Shown piece after piece: positions 25,034 through 37,830 of a stretch of DNA of 64,000 nt (its first letter is position 1; each line of letters begins with the position of its first letter). The stretch covers positions 312,480,001-312,544,000 of the forward strand of contig OZ024740.1 of NCBI GenBank assembly GCA_964016885.1, read 5' to 3'. The notes below the pieces were generated by a model, which saw only the letters and a list, made by a program, of their open reading frames with translations, was not told the DNA's origin and ran no database searches. The translations under genes and the position numbers were made by a program. This DNA is from Eledone cirrhosa. Taxonomy: Eukaryota.

Positions 25034-25205
25034 TACCGCTTTTCACGGTGTCGAAGACGCTACTTTTTTCCTAAAATAAGTGTCAAAGATCTACCATGCG
25101 TCCTGGAGGCCGAAGGTTGTTTATTATATTTTTTCAAATTATTGGTTGTCAAAATTAGGGTACGTCCTTGAGGACAAAGCGTCTTCAGTGCCAGGAAATA
25201 CAGTA
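25034..25205. mobile_element. pogo/Tc1-type MITE with TA-flanked degenerate TIRs
   Basis: TACCGCTTTTCACGG..GAAGACGC ... GCGTCTTC..CCAGGAAATACAGTA. Confidence 0.6.
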
Positions 25206-25379
25206 TTTCATAGCAAAATGTACAGTGTGATCCAAGACTGGATTGATGTATGGCATATTTGGAATAAATGTGGAAAAAATAATTACATAGCACTAATCAT
25301 TTCGACTATTGAAAGCAATGTACCAATGAATTTAGTTCAATAGGAAAAAGATTAATGAAAATATTTATTAAAATCTTAC

Positions 25380-25546
25380 TTTTTAGATGACTGAAGTCTG
25401 CAAAGCAATGCTGGACAAGCAAAATTGATGAGGAGGTGAACACTGATAAAAATAGTGGCTCCAAAAGATGAGACAGACCACAATGCCACACTGGCCATTA
25501 CACCAACTATAACACTCATTGAGTTTTGGCAAATGGAACCTCTTTT
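25380..25546 (-). CDS. PIGC: PIGC coding exon 6 (KRGSICQ...INFACPALLCRLQSSK)
   Basis: Acceptor ttttag, donor gtaaga; open phase-0 frame with TM segments and a CP....RLQ..K motif. Confidence 0.9.
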
Positions 25547-25624
25547 CTAAAAAGATAAACATCAATCAAGAATTTAAAATATTATCCAAAAAGTCAAGAA
25601 ATCAATTTTAAAAAAAAGTTAGTT

Positions 25625-25625
<1 letters not shown>

Positions 25626-25660
<35 letters not shown>

Positions 25661-26062
25661 CACTACTACTCTTCACCCACTTATTCCTGAGAGAGTCATG
25701 GGGGCAGAGTCCTCAAACACTCCTTCCAGCAGGTTCTGTCAGAAGTAACCATCTCCAACTGATCCAGCTGGATCCCCAAGTGAGACCAGCCAAGCTCATG
25801 GATTTTGTTCAACCATCTTGGGGTCTACCCCCAAGTCTCCTGCCAGTTGGTTTTCGCCATAAAATCTGTCCAGCGATTCTTTCTTGAGACATTCTAACCC
25901 CATGCCCATAGTATTGGAACTGTGATCTCTCAATTCAGAGAAGTAGCGACTCTACCTGGTGTGACTCTCTGATCTCTGAGCTATGCATTCTGAGTAACAT
26001 TGCTCCAAAGATCCTTCAGAGGAACCCCATTTCGGCCATTTGTGTTCGAGATTGTATTCTTT
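25626..26062 (-). mobile_element. Second RTE lineage (Rex3/Expander-like) 3' fragment with (TAG)n tail
   Basis: Reverse translation AEMGFL.RI...IERSQFQYYGH..RM..ER......KPTGRR..GRP; (TAC)n at 25626. Confidence 0.75.
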
Positions 26063-27467
26063 TTAAAACTGTTATATTATACAATTGTTTTTCACTTGAA
26101 TAAAAAAAGAATGTTTAAATTATAAAGGATAAGGTTAATTAAATTGATCCCAATATATTACTGGTACTTATTTTATTGAACCCAGAAAAACAATAGATTT
26201 GGCTGACCCTGGTAGTAAATGACATCAGAAAAAAATGTGCCTCAAACAATCAAGTATTCAAATACAGTATTTTACTGTTTTAGAAGTTATTATGTACAAC
26301 AGTCTAAAGACAAAAGCTTGGTAAATGTTATGGAATATTTATATACAATTTCTATTCTTGGATTTTGTTAGCAGATGTCTTTTAATGCACAAGTTTTAAT
26401 GCATAGTTAAATAGTGCATTGAGTAAATATATTAGTTATTTCATACACATCACAATCACATTGTAACAGAGTCTTATATCAATAATATATAACATAAATT
26501 AGTCACCTACTTGTACCAGACTGAAATACTTTGTGAACTATTTATTACCAATGATCTAGAAAAACAATTACTGTATGAACTGTTATACCCAGGAGATGAA
26601 CAATATGAAGTCTTGATGCCATGATAAAATGCACCCAGTCCACATTGTAAAATGAATGACTTGGTGACAACAAAAAAGCACCCAGTCCACACTGTAAAAT
26701 GATCGATTTAGTGCCATGATAAAAAGCACCCAGTCCACACTGTAAAGTGGTCATTTTGCTGCCATGATAAAAAAACGGCCAGTCCACTATGCATTAACTT
26801 ACATTAACTATATAAAACATGTACACACACGCACCCTCCATTGTGATGATGGAACTTTAAAGGATCATGCAGCTATTAAACGCAGCTTGATCCAACAATG
26901 TTTGAACATTTTTCAACTAGAACTATTCAACTTATAATAAGTGATAAAATATTTCTATAAATGTTTAAAAATGTTTTAAGAATTTAGTTCAATTAATTGA
27001 TATCCCATAAAAACATTAGAGGCACACAAGTGAGATAACAAACAATTTAGATACATGAGAAAACAGTTTTGCAAGAGATGCAAGTCAAACCAACAGCGAG
27101 CATTAAAACAATGATCCACTCTGCTTACCAAAGAGCTTTATTCTTTATCATAAAAACAACTTATTGTATTAATTACACTGGTCAACACACTTTTTGCTGA
27201 CTTAAGTTTTGTTGTTTTTTTTAGCTAATTTTGAGGTGCTGATTTCAAATATGACATCCATTTTCCCCTAACACATCAGTTTTTCATGTTTGTCTTTTGT
27301 TCAGCTATCCCATAAACATAAGAAACATGGATATTTTGTATACCCTCTTTGTTGGCCAAGTGAAAACCTGAAGGTCAGCAGAAAAAAAGCAAAATTTTGT
27401 TGGCCAGTGTTATTAAAGCAATAAAATTATTAAAACAATCATTAACTATACTTGCGTTTATCATTAC

Positions 27468-27615
27468 CTTAAGCTCTATTCGGAGCATGGGCCACAATGC
27501 AAAGATTTCTAGTGCAAATGTTACAATTGAGAAAGCATGTAGAGGTGTATGAAGTCTTGAAGCTAAACAAACAGCAGCAAAAATGGCTGCATTCAATGAC
27601 AAAGGACTTGACACT
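27468..27615 (-). CDS. PIGC: PIGC coding exon 5 ([21 protein letters not shown]...IFALWPML)
   Basis: Acceptor caacag, donor gtaatg; [18 protein letters not shown] signature. Confidence 0.96.
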
Positions 27616-28572
27616 CTGTTGAAGAAAAATTAAAAGAAACAGAAAAATATTTCTCATAAAACCAATGTATTAATAGACAAAAATTATAATTTTAAAGTTA
27701 ATTGACAATGCACACGTAAACAGTTTGAAATAAATTTCATTTAAAAATTTTTTTTTAATGAGCTTTTTATAAAAGATTTTTAAAATTTGAAAGGCTTCAA
27801 AATTTTTATTGATTTATTGATTAGAATTACTGAATGAAAATATTAAGTTGACAGTTTGACACAATGGTCTAATTAATCTAGCTTTTAGCAGGTATCGCCT
27901 GGTGGCATGCATAGTCCTTAAACTCCTAAGGGTACTAAGGGTACTATATTGACATATGGAGTTTCTAGGGCATTTTCTAAACCTGATGGAGCCCATCTCC
28001 TCTCCAAGTCTGAATACAGCAGATTTCTTCCAGAGAAAGAAAGTGAGAAAATGGAAGTGAGAAAGAGATATAGAGAGGAAGAATCAACCCATTATTTGAC
28101 TGGTACTTTTTTAATCGATCTTAAATGGAAGAAAGGCAAAGTTAACCTGAACAGGATTTGAACTCAGAGAACACAAAGAGTTAGAATGAATACCAATAAT
28201 CACTCTATCCGACGTGCTAATGACTCACCAATTCCCTGCCTATATAAGCAGCAGCAGCATTGTCAAACTGATGAGTGTTATGTAACTCACCCATTACAAC
28301 AAAATCTATCAACACCTTTTCTCTTAGCAATAGAAAAAAACCCAGAAAAAACAAGAACCCAACTCATGCAACTATGAAGTGTTAAGTTCAACTGCCATAA
28401 GGAGTAAAAAATTTAACATTTCAAATCTTATCCTTTGTTTGAAGAGATGGGAAGATGTTTGCTTGGACTGAACACCACTTTCTCTTTTTTCTTCATTCTC
28501 AGAGTAATGGCCTGATACATTTGATTCTTCTTTCATCAAAGAAACTGAATTTATTGAACTCTATGAACTATT

Positions 28573-28868
28573 AGTGAAGGTGCGTGGCCTAGTGGTAAGG
28601 GTGTTGGACTTACAATTATAATGTTGTGGGTTCAATTCCTGGGCTGGGTTGCGTGTTGTCTTCGTGAACAAAAAACTTTATTTCAGGTTGTTCCAGTATA
28701 CTCAGCTGAAAATGAGTACCAGCAATAGCTGGGGATTTAACCCTTTGACGGACTAGCATCCTGTCCAGGAGGAAGTCTTGTACTCTCAGTCGCTTCATGC
28801 CATGAAACTGAGATAAGCACTGGCCTGATGAGCCTTCTGGCTTAAGACAGACTTCAGACATTTTTAGA
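28573..28868 (+). mobile_element. tRNA-derived CORE-type SINE with (TTAGAC)-like tail; related copies 4601-4968, 9238-9544, 11330-11505
   Basis: tRNA-like head and CORE-like body; TSD CTATGAACTATT at 28561 and 28869; copy 9238 has TSD GAACATGAA. Confidence 0.8.
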
Positions 28869-29152
28869 CTATGAACTATTCATGATAATATTGATTTCTA
28901 ATTTAGGCACAAGGCCAGCAAATTTGGTGGAAGGAGCAAAGTTGATTATATCAACCTCAGTACTTCACTGGTACTTTATTTTATTGATACCAGAATAAGG
29001 AAAGGTAAGTAGTGGATACTATGAAACTTTTTTCTCAATTTTAATACCTTAGTAATGACAATCTTTATACAGGTTTCTTGTATTGCAGGGGAACAAATTG
29101 TGTTATATAATTACAAACCGTGGAATTATCTTTAAAAGTCCCATATACTTAC

Positions 29153-29321
29153 ACAGCAGAATGAGGCCCATAATCATGAAATAGAACATTGGAGAGCAAC
29201 ATTACTGTACTCATACAATAAATGGTATCTGTACTGATGGTTTGTGTCAAAGATACAAGTACAGGACACAGAATTAAACTGAATGATACAAATATTACCG
29301 CTGTCTTCAGATCATCCATTT
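29153..29321 (-). CDS. PIGC: PIGC coding exon 4 (KMDDLKTAVIF...LTQTISTDTIY...FHDYG)
   Basis: Acceptor ttgcag, donor gtaagt; conserved LT.TISTDTIY and FHDYG motifs. Confidence 0.95.
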
Positions 29322-30029
29322 CTGCAATAAAATATATTTAGAAATATTAAATTCTCAGATATTTATCTCAATTATTATCATCATCATCATCATCATTTAA
29401 CGTCTACTTTCCACACTGGCATGGGTTAGATGGGATTGTCCTATTAGAGATAAGTTGGGTCAGGTGACATAGGACTGTTTCTGGCTAGATTTCTACGGCT
29501 GGATGCCCTGCCTAACGCCAAATACATTTACAGTGTGTACTGGGTGCTTTTTGTCATGACAGCTACATGACTACTTTACAGAGTGGACATAGTGTTTTTG
29601 TCATGATATCCACATGACCACATTACACTGTAGGCTGGGTGCTTTTTGTATGACACCTACACAACCACTGGTGGTGGTGGTGGTGATGATGATATTTGAA
29701 AACAGCACAGCAAACTGATGAAATAGTCCCTAATAAAAGTATTGTTACTTTTTATGAACAGTATCATTGTATTTATGGTTTTGTTAAAAACACAGCAGTG
29801 TCAGCAATAGAATAAATTCAGCTCTTCATTTCAACTGTGTACACTATATGTTACAAATCTAAAATAAGATGTCATAAAGTTTTTAGGGGTTAAATAGCAG
29901 TCATGAATTTTGAGCTATGGCTTAAAAGAATTACATCAATAAAATGCAGCAAGGGAGAAAAAATACAGGAATTATGTTCTTTTGGTAATAATCATCACCG
30001 TTTAATAATGTGTTGTAAAAGCTAGTTAA

Positions 30030-30900
30030 ACTACTACTCTTCTTCTCCCACTTATTCCTGAGAGGGTCGTGGGGGCAGAGTCCTCAGACACTCCTTCCAG
30101 CAGGTCCTGTCAGAAGCAACCATCTCCAATTAATCTGGCTGGACCCCGAAGCAAGACTAGCCAAGCTCATCAATGTTATTCAGCCATCTTGCTCGGGGTC
30201 TGCATCTGGGTCTCCTGTTGGTTGGTTTTGCCTGTAAAATCTGTCCAACAATTCTTTCCTGGGGCACTCTAACCACATACCATAGATTCAGAGCTGTGAT
30301 CTCTCAATTCAGTTCTACCTGGAGTGACTCTCTGATTTCCAAGCTATGCACTCTATCAAGTAATATTACTCCAAAGACACTTTGAAGGAACCCCATTTCG
30401 GCTGCTTGTATTCGTGATCATATTCTTTTGGTCATTACCCAAAATTCATGACCATAGGTAAGGGTTGGCAAGAATACCGAATTGAAGATAGTGAGTTTGG
30501 CTTTTACGCCTACCTCCATTCTTCTGATTACTGAATGGTGAAGCTGGCGCTTTACTGCACCAGCTCCTGCAATTCTTGCACTTCATTCAACCTCCTGCCT
30601 CCCATCACTCATGAACACGGTTCTAAGATACTTGAACTTCTCTACCTGCTTCAGTGAAACTCCATTCACATATAGAGTGCACAGCACAGGCTTCCTTGAG
30701 AGGACAAGTCTCTCAGTTTTCGCAGCATTGATTTTCATTCCAGTCATGCAGGACTCAGCATCAAACCTATCGAGTGCAAGTCAGAAATCACCTTCTGTCA
30801 AGTAAGACCATATTGTCTGCAAATTTCAGCCAACTGATTTCACACCCACCCGTCTTGATATAATTTCAAGCTCGGCTGCGCATGTCAATCCTGTTTAAGA
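30030..30900 (-). mobile_element. Rex3/Expander-like RTE 3' fragment (same family as 25626-26062)
   Basis: Same 3' end (cccacttattcctgagag); degenerate FADNMV, VEKFKYL, PTLTYGHEFW. Confidence 0.75.
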
Positions 30901-30963
30901 TTATACCAACATTAAAAATAAATGTCAAAATGGTGATAATGATGAAACTGTAAATTTACTTAC

Positions 30964-31115
30964 TTGTTCTTTTATTGTTAATTTCTTGTTTGTCTTGAAT
31001 GATAAACTTAATACAATAACCAATGAGGGTTAAAACAGAAGAAACCAGGAAAAGAATTTGAGGACTCAACTTTTCTTGATCCATGTATATGAAGACAACA
31101 ACAAAAATACAAACA
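30964..31115 (-). CDS. PIGC: PIGC coding exon 3 (SVCIFVVVFIYMDQEKLSP...NKRT)
   Basis: Acceptor atttcag, donor gtaagt; hydrophobic TM segments; matches PIG-C SVCVFVV..YMD. Confidence 0.92.
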
Positions 31116-31218
31116 CTGAAATATAGAAATTTAATATTGATTTAATTTCTCTAAAAGCACAAAGTAAATTTTTGAAGGAGTAAAATATAACTTATTAGAC
31201 TGATCCCAGTAAATTACT

Positions 31219-31395
31219 CTAACCCTTTAGTTACCAACCTGGCCAAAACCAGCTCTGGTTCTCTGAAATAAAACCACATTAAGTTACTATCTTAGTAATG
31301 AAATAATTAATAATTTTAGTAAATCCCTCAAAATTCTTCATTAATTAATTAAAATACAGTGTATTTCATTAGAAATGTGGTCATGAAAGGGTTAA
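31219..31395 (+). mobile_element. TTAA/CCCT-ended MITE, family 2 (related copies ~12797-12950, ~60559-60818, ~61811-62040)
   Basis: taaccctttagttaccaac...catgaaagggttaa; shared internal AT-rich sequence. Confidence 0.65.
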
Positions 31396-31606
31396 CATGA
31401 CCAGAATAGTGACAATCAAAGTAGACTACAGTAAAATTTAACATAAAACTAAGTACTGAAAAACATCTAACTCAAGTTTTTTGCTATATTCACACCTATT
31501 CCTACATTTAATATTCCTTCGTTAATTAAAGAGGAATTATATATTTAAAGAATTTTCAATTACATCCAGTCAACCAAAAATAAATAAAATAAATCTTTTA
31601 ATAAAT

Positions 31607-31825
31607 GAAAGCTGGTACAATGTGGTACAAATATATAAATGGCAAAGGATGACAAATAAAACAAAACAAAGTAATATTTTACTTAGTGAACCATTTCCGT
31701 TCACATTTGAAAATATCATGTTGAAATATCATGTTGAAATATATTAGGTAAAACATTACTTTGTTTTGTTTTATTTCTCATCCTTTGCCCCTGTATATAT
31801 TTCTACCATCTTGTACCAGCCTTTC
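31607..31825. repeat. MITE-like inverted repeat; same family as 61244-61592
   Basis: gctggtacaa...ggcaaaggatga.aaataaaacaaaacaaagtaat / attactttgttttgttttattt.tcatcctttgcc...ttgtaccagc. Confidence 0.8.
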
Positions 31826-32135
31826 GAAACTTATTAGTCTTTTATTACATACCTCACATTTCTTTATATTAGCTATATTACTTTAAATTTATGTTTTTGG
31901 GGGGTTTTTTTCAAGTTATAATCTGAATATCAAATTAATACACCTCATTAAAATTAACATGAAATATGGACGACATCAAGTTTGAATTATTATGGACGAT
32001 AGAGAAAATATTAAAGCAAATTGATAGAAATGAAGTAAAGAAAAAGCACAATTACAAAGAAACTGAAGAGAACTAATGGAAAGTGAGAATGAATGATAAA
32101 AGAATTAAATGTTTAGTGTCCACATCATAACATAC

Positions 32136-32205
32136 CTGCACATTTGTTGAGTAAATGTACCAGACTCTTGAGCAGCAGTCCAGTAATTATAGGATCGAAC
32201 ATACA
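32136..32205 (-). CDS. PIGC: PIGC coding exon 2 (LYVRSYNYWTAAQESGTFTQQMC)
   Basis: Acceptor tttctag, donor gtatgt; matches the PIG-C Y.YW....ES....QQ.CS segment; phases compatible with exons 1 and 3. Confidence 0.92.
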
Positions 32206-32834
32206 CTAGAAACAAAAAGGTTTATAAAATGACACAACTGAAGAGTCCTTTGATATTATACATTATTCTAATTAGTGATTTTGTAATAAAATAAAAACCA
32301 TAGCAAGTAACACTCATTGTGTGTTTTTACTAATTTCAGTCATTGGGCTGAGGTTATACCAGGGTTTAGTTATATCAACCCCACTATTTGTTGTTTAATA
32401 TAAATTCAAGCCATGACAAGTCCATAATTTTCTTTTTTTCAGGAATTGTCTGACAAGGACTGAATTATTCATTAAGTCCTTTCCTTCGTATACTAACTTT
32501 ATTGTTAGTACCATGTCTCATTCATCTAATGTTATTTACTATACACAGTGTGTCATGGGAGTTATATGTAGCTTTTCTTAGTTTACACAGTATGAAGTGT
32601 TTGGAAAAGATACTAATCCATCCTTGGTTTTTCTCACGGGTGTAGTTTGAGGGAGACTGACTGCTGTTTGTAACAAGTCAAGTAACTCTATGTCATAAAG
32701 CATGTGGTCCGACGCTCTACCAATACTGTCAATCCAGCACCAACACTAACCTGATCTCTATTCGTTTAAACATGAAGTTGGGGCATATAAAAGACAACAC
32801 TGGTGCAAACATAAACATAGTCACTGACACAGCA

Positions 32835-34490
32835 TCATCATCATCATCATTTTACATCCGCTTTTCCCTGCTTGCAAGGGTGGGACGGGTCTTATTCAGC
32901 ACAGCATCTCTCCACTCGTCATCTCCACCGTGAGCTTCAATGATCTGAGGTCTGTTCTCACCACCTCCGCCCATGTTTTTCGTGGTCTACCTCTACCACG
33001 TCTTCCTTCAACTGGCATTTCCTGGCACTTCTTCACCCATCGGTCATCCTCCATGCGCATCACATGTCCATACCACCTCAGTCTCCTCTCCCGTACACTA
33101 CATTCTATCCCTCTCAGACACAGTTTCTCTCTCAACACATTTATGCTGGGTCGTTCACGCACATTTACACTGCACATCCAACGGAGCATGCTTGCCTCAT
33201 TTCTCTCCAGCCGTCGCATATCCTCTGCAGTTGCTGCCCATGTCTCACTACCATGCAGCATCGCGCTCCTCACACAGGCATCATACAACCGGCCTCTCGT
33301 ACGCAGCGAGAAACACTTCTTCGTCAACAGAGGAAGCAGCTCCCTAAACTTCTTCCAGCCCGTCCTTATTCTAGATACTATGGCCTCGGAACACCCTCCT
33401 CCCATGCTAATCTGATCTCCTAGGTACCGGAAGCTATCCACCACTTCTATAGCGCCCTCCTGCATTTGAAAAATGTGTCTATCAATGTGACTTCTACTGT
33501 CTAATTTCCCTGTACATCTACTGCATACATATTTCTCCCTACCTGTTAGTTTGCCTGCTATCCCGCTACATCTCTTGTGTACCCAGGATCTGCATTGTGT
33601 GCATTTTATAGATTTTATGCCAGTTCCTTTTCTGCATATCGAACAGGGCCATTTCCCTGACGGAATCAGAGTTTTGTCCTCTTTTCTACTCATCAACACT
33701 TTTGTCTTAGCTAGGTTCACTCTCAGTCCTCTTGCTTCCAACTGCTGTTTCTATAGCCAGAATTTATTCTCTAGCTCCTCTACTGATTCTGCTATAAGAA
33801 CCAGATCGTCAGCATAGAGAAGTTCCCATGGACAGCCAGTCTTAAACTCCTCTGTTATGGCTTGGAGGACTATAATGAACAAGAGCGGGCTGAGGACCGA
33901 ACCTTGATGTACTCCTACTTGTATCTGGAATTCCTCACTAAACTCCATTCCTACCCTGACTTTACTGAGAGTACCTCTGTACAAAGTTTGCACTGTCCTC
34001 ACAAGCCATTCCTCAACACCTAGCTTCCTTAGGGACCACCAGATGACAGATCGGGGTACCCTATCAAAGGCCTTCTCTAGGTCAACAAAGGCTAAGTATA
34101 GTGGCTTATTCTTCTCTAAGAACCTCTCTTGCAATTGTCTCACCAAGAAGAGGGCATCTGTTGTACTCTTCCCAGGCACAAAACCAAACTGCATCTCATC
34201 TAGTTTGACCCTTTCTCTAATTAGTTGCGCTAAAATCCTTTCTGCCACTTTCATAACCTGATCCATCAGTTTTATACCCCTAGAATTGCTCCTCGCCAGA
34301 GCATCCCCTTTACCTTTGTAGCAATTTATGAGAATACTGCTGCACCAGTCTTTGGGTATGACACCACCATATATAGCCTGATTGATGATGCGTGCAACCA
34401 GTTTAGTGCCTACGTCCCCTGATGCCTTCAGCATCTCAGCAACTATTCCCGATGGTCCAGCAGCCTTACCATTTTTCATTTCCCTAATCC
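32835..34490 (-). mobile_element. RTE-clade LINE, subfamily B, 5'-truncated
   Basis: ORFs 33751..34479 and 32896..33741 with RT motifs; near-identical to 53176-55415; (ATC)n tail. Confidence 0.95.
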
Positions 34491-34829
34491 TTCATATAAA
34501 ACATTCATATAAAACAAGTTTCTGCAATTTCCATCTACCAAACTGCACTCAACAATATTTTGTTTTGATCTTATATATTTTTAAATTAAAATATATTTTT
34601 TTAAGTAAATTAATGCAACAAATTTCCAATTTAAAATCAGTTATGCTATGAGGTAAAGAATAGTGTTATTTTTAGCAGACATCACAACTCCAGATGTTTC
34701 GGTCTTATTAAACTTCCTTGGCAAAGTATAAACAATAGAAATAGAGAAATATTTAAGCATGTAGAAAAATGTTCGCTGGTGGGACAAAAACAATTTTGGG
34801 GGAAATAAATTGGGGCTAACAATTAAAAG

Positions 34830-35520
34830 AAAGATATACGACTAAAACTCTGAACATAGGGGTCTGCACTGGCTTTTTGTAAAAGGCCGAATAACATTAA
34901 CATTCATGCTGTACATGAACTACTCCGTGAAAAAGTCATCAATATGTTTGAGATCAAGTAGGAATGGACATCTCATAGTATCACTCCAGTGATCGGGCTT
35001 TCTATAAACCGGCTCCAGCCCTCTGAAATGACTTTCCTCTACTATCTGTGTCGGCTTTCAGATCAAATCTGAAGACTTATCTTTTAAGGAAATATCAGCA
35101 GTGAACTGCCTTCAAAACCTTAGGGTTATGTGTATTAAACGAATGATTAGGACGCCTATGAGCATTCTTGTGTTTTGAGGGATTTATGGTGCAAGGAAGT
35201 GCTGCCATTCAGCCAGTTTATGAAAGGTGGATGAGAGTAGCGAACATGATCCGAGTGAACGGCTCTGAGTATGCGCCTATAGATTTGGAGGACAGCTGAG
35301 AAAGGACACTTGACCTGGCGGTCATGGTGACCGTGGAATTTTGTGAGCTTTCTCCACGAGTGACCATCGGAAATTTTCCTCCTGTTGGGGAATTTTCTTC
35401 TTTACATTGTTGTTTTCTGTTACCATACTTCTTATATGATAAACCCCCACATTGTACCGTCCTATACCGTCCTTAATATTTTTTTCTTCAGCTCAGCCCT
35501 GTGTCGCTAAATAAAGACAT
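34830..35520 (+). mobile_element. Probable L1/Tx1-like LINE 3' end, decayed
   Basis: GC-richer island with remnant RWMRVANMIRVNG coding end and a 3' end cagccctgtgtcgctaaataaag. Confidence 0.4.
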
Positions 35521-36477
35521 CATTATCATCACCGTCGTCATCGATAACCAGTGAAATAAAACATACTCAGTCTAATTTGCCTAATAAAGTACGTAATAAT
35601 TTGTTTACATTCAGATGGTTATTTTCATTTGTTGGCGGCACCTTATGAATTCAACTGGCAGCTTTCCCGCAGATACGTGAAAAAAGATATAAAAACGATG
35701 CTTTATGCTGTTGCAATATTTCCTTTTCTTTAACTTATAAATCATTCTGAATTTACATCAATTAAACACTGTTCAAATTCTGCCGAGGTTAGCTTTGCCT
35801 TTCATCCTTACGGGGTCGATAAAATAAAGTACCAGTAATGCATTGGTTACGATTTAATCGACTTTCTGCTCCCCTCAAATTGCTGGCCTTGTGTCAAAAG
35901 TAGAAACAATTATTACGGTGATTAAATTAGAAATGATTATTTTAAAAAAGAAATTATAAACCATTATTTCAGCGATAATAGTTTGTGTAACCCAGTATGT
36001 AAAGATTTATATATGACTAGTGGCCGATTAAGAGAGAATTTCTCTTTAACTGTTTATTTATGTTTAGTGATTTGATCTGTCTGCTTTTTTGAACGTGTGG
36101 GACTATTTTTAAAAAGTTTAGATGTTTGGAGTATTGCTTTCATTAGACACATACACATATTGTTGTGCATTATATTTACAAGGTTCATAGCAATAATTAA
36201 TTGTATTTATTATATGTGTTTATATTTTCATCCTGTAAAAAGTATTCATTAAGTGCAGTATTTATTATTTGTGTCTATATTTTCATTCTATAAGCATTAT
36301 ATCATTATTTCATGTTGATAATAAAGAATTTACAAGCCTTTGTAATCGCCATTCACAATAACATTAAAACGAACTGTATCTAATTATGTAAATTCCGAAC
36401 ATTTATTAGTAAAAGAAAAGGAAATATAGAAACATGCAAGCCTGAACATTACTGTATCTCTTTTTCCGTGTATTTAC

Positions 36478-36785
36478 AGCAAAGCCATCTATCTAACACA
36501 CGTGGACATGCCCACAAAGTAAGAAAACAGCACAGTTCCCATGACTTTCGGAAACATTTTTTCACGCTCAGAGTTGCTGAAGCATAGAACAAACTACCTG
36601 CATCAGTTGTTAGCTGTCGAGACACTGCATCCTTTAAGGCCTCCATGCTTCCCGAGATCCGCCAACACTACAGCTAACACATACAAACATGTACTTCCCT
36701 GGCATTTGTGTATTATTCTATGTACTATATTGACGAGTTGTGGTGCACCTGAGCACTTTACACAATAATTTCATTATTATTATTA
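36478..36785 (+). mobile_element. CR1 3' fragment
   Basis: TRGHAHK...FRKHFFTLRV plus the shared 3' end. Confidence 0.85.
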
Positions 36786-37013
36786 CCTAATGCGAAAGAT
36801 TGCCAGAAAAAACACTGTTCTTTGACAAACATATAACTTTAATTTGTTATATTAATTCATTCGTTGTATGTGGGTGCTTGACAACAACGAAACTACACCG
36901 TAGCAAACACTATGACAAGAAAGAAGGATTCTATTGATAAATAAGGGACAATCTGTGTATCAATGAAAACGTATTAATTAATACTACACGGATGTTTAAA
37001 TGTAATTACGTAC

Positions 37014-37110
37014 GATTTTTTCTGAGTTCTTCCAAAAATGTTTCATCAACATAATTATCACTAACTCCTTGATCTTTGTATAAAATCTTTTGCCATTTAG
37101 ATCGCGTCAT
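37014..37110 (-). CDS. PIGC: PIGC coding exon 1 (MTRSKWQKILYKDQGVSDNYVDETFLEELRKN)
   Basis: ATG at 37110; PIG-C N-terminal motif; donor GTACGT at 37013 (phase 1). Confidence 0.93.
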
Positions 37111-37261
37111 TTTGTTCGGTGAAGTTATTAAAATTGTCGACTCGCAAAAAAGTATCCAAATTGCTCTAATTAGCTTCTTTTCGTCACACACACAGGCACA
37201 AGGATAACTTTTATATTCGAGGTAAGCGTAAATTTTTTACTTTCTGCATGTGCTAAATTCT

Positions 37262-37830
37262 CGAGGGATTGGGTTGATGCTTTGCCTGTGATTAACACCA
37301 GTGGCCTTTTCGGTCTGGATGACACTCAGAGTCGAAGGCCTCATGATACCATAGGTTTTCATGGAGTGTCTCGCCGGCTAAATTCAGGTTGCTTCGCTCG
37401 TTATCAAACAAGCTTCGACTCGTGTCAATATCTCCTCAATTCTGGAACAAGCTGGATTGCCCAGGGTTAATGAGAAGAGGTCAGATGGTCTTCCCCTTTG
37501 TCCCGGTGTAAGAGACAGATATCTCTTTTGGGACGTCACAGTTACCGACACTTGCTCCTTCCCACATCCTGGATAGTGCGGCCAAGGTGAGGGTCACTGC
37601 ATTTGAAGCCGATCAGAAGACAAATTCTAAAATATCAGGAATTATCAGCAAAGTATTTCCCCCCAGCCTATAGCGTTCGAGACGTTTTGGGGAGCTGGTC
37701 TGCTCACAACGAGGTTCTTTTCATTGTTGGCGGTTCGCCTTACCAATGCATAAGCTGATGCTTGCGGGGGTGCTTGTTTATTCCAGTCCCCTAGTCTCGT
37801 TATCACACGCTATAATGCTTCAGAAATGTG
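37262..37830 (+). mobile_element. Decayed CRE-like (RLE) non-LTR retrotransposon C-terminal fragment
   Basis: Frame-broken WVDALP...GLDD, KRSDG...WDVTVTDT..PSH, KY..L....PIAFET...YNA. Confidence 0.65.

Larger units (their letters stand above)
13835..37110 (-). other. PIGC: PIGC gene span (7 coding exons, 855-nt CDS, 284 aa)
   Basis: Manually spliced exons 37110-37014, 32205-32136, 31115-30964, 29321-29153, 27615-27468, 25546-25380 and 13886-13835 join in frame with GT-AG introns. The product has the PIG-C/Gpi2 motifs [45 protein letters not shown] and IYGPWDEA. Confidence 0.96.

Noticed and set aside
23767-25171. Three 411-440-aa ORFs rich in H/T/Y/I
   Set aside because: Translation of a stop-free TA/CA microsatellite; the same applies to ORFs at 10-500, 2605-3195, 42900-43900 and 47832-48287
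37205-37230. Plus-strand donor-like GAG|GTAAGC just upstream of PIGC (bidirectional gene?)
   Set aside because: No ORF, start context or downstream exon to support it; it is followed by a decayed retrotransposon
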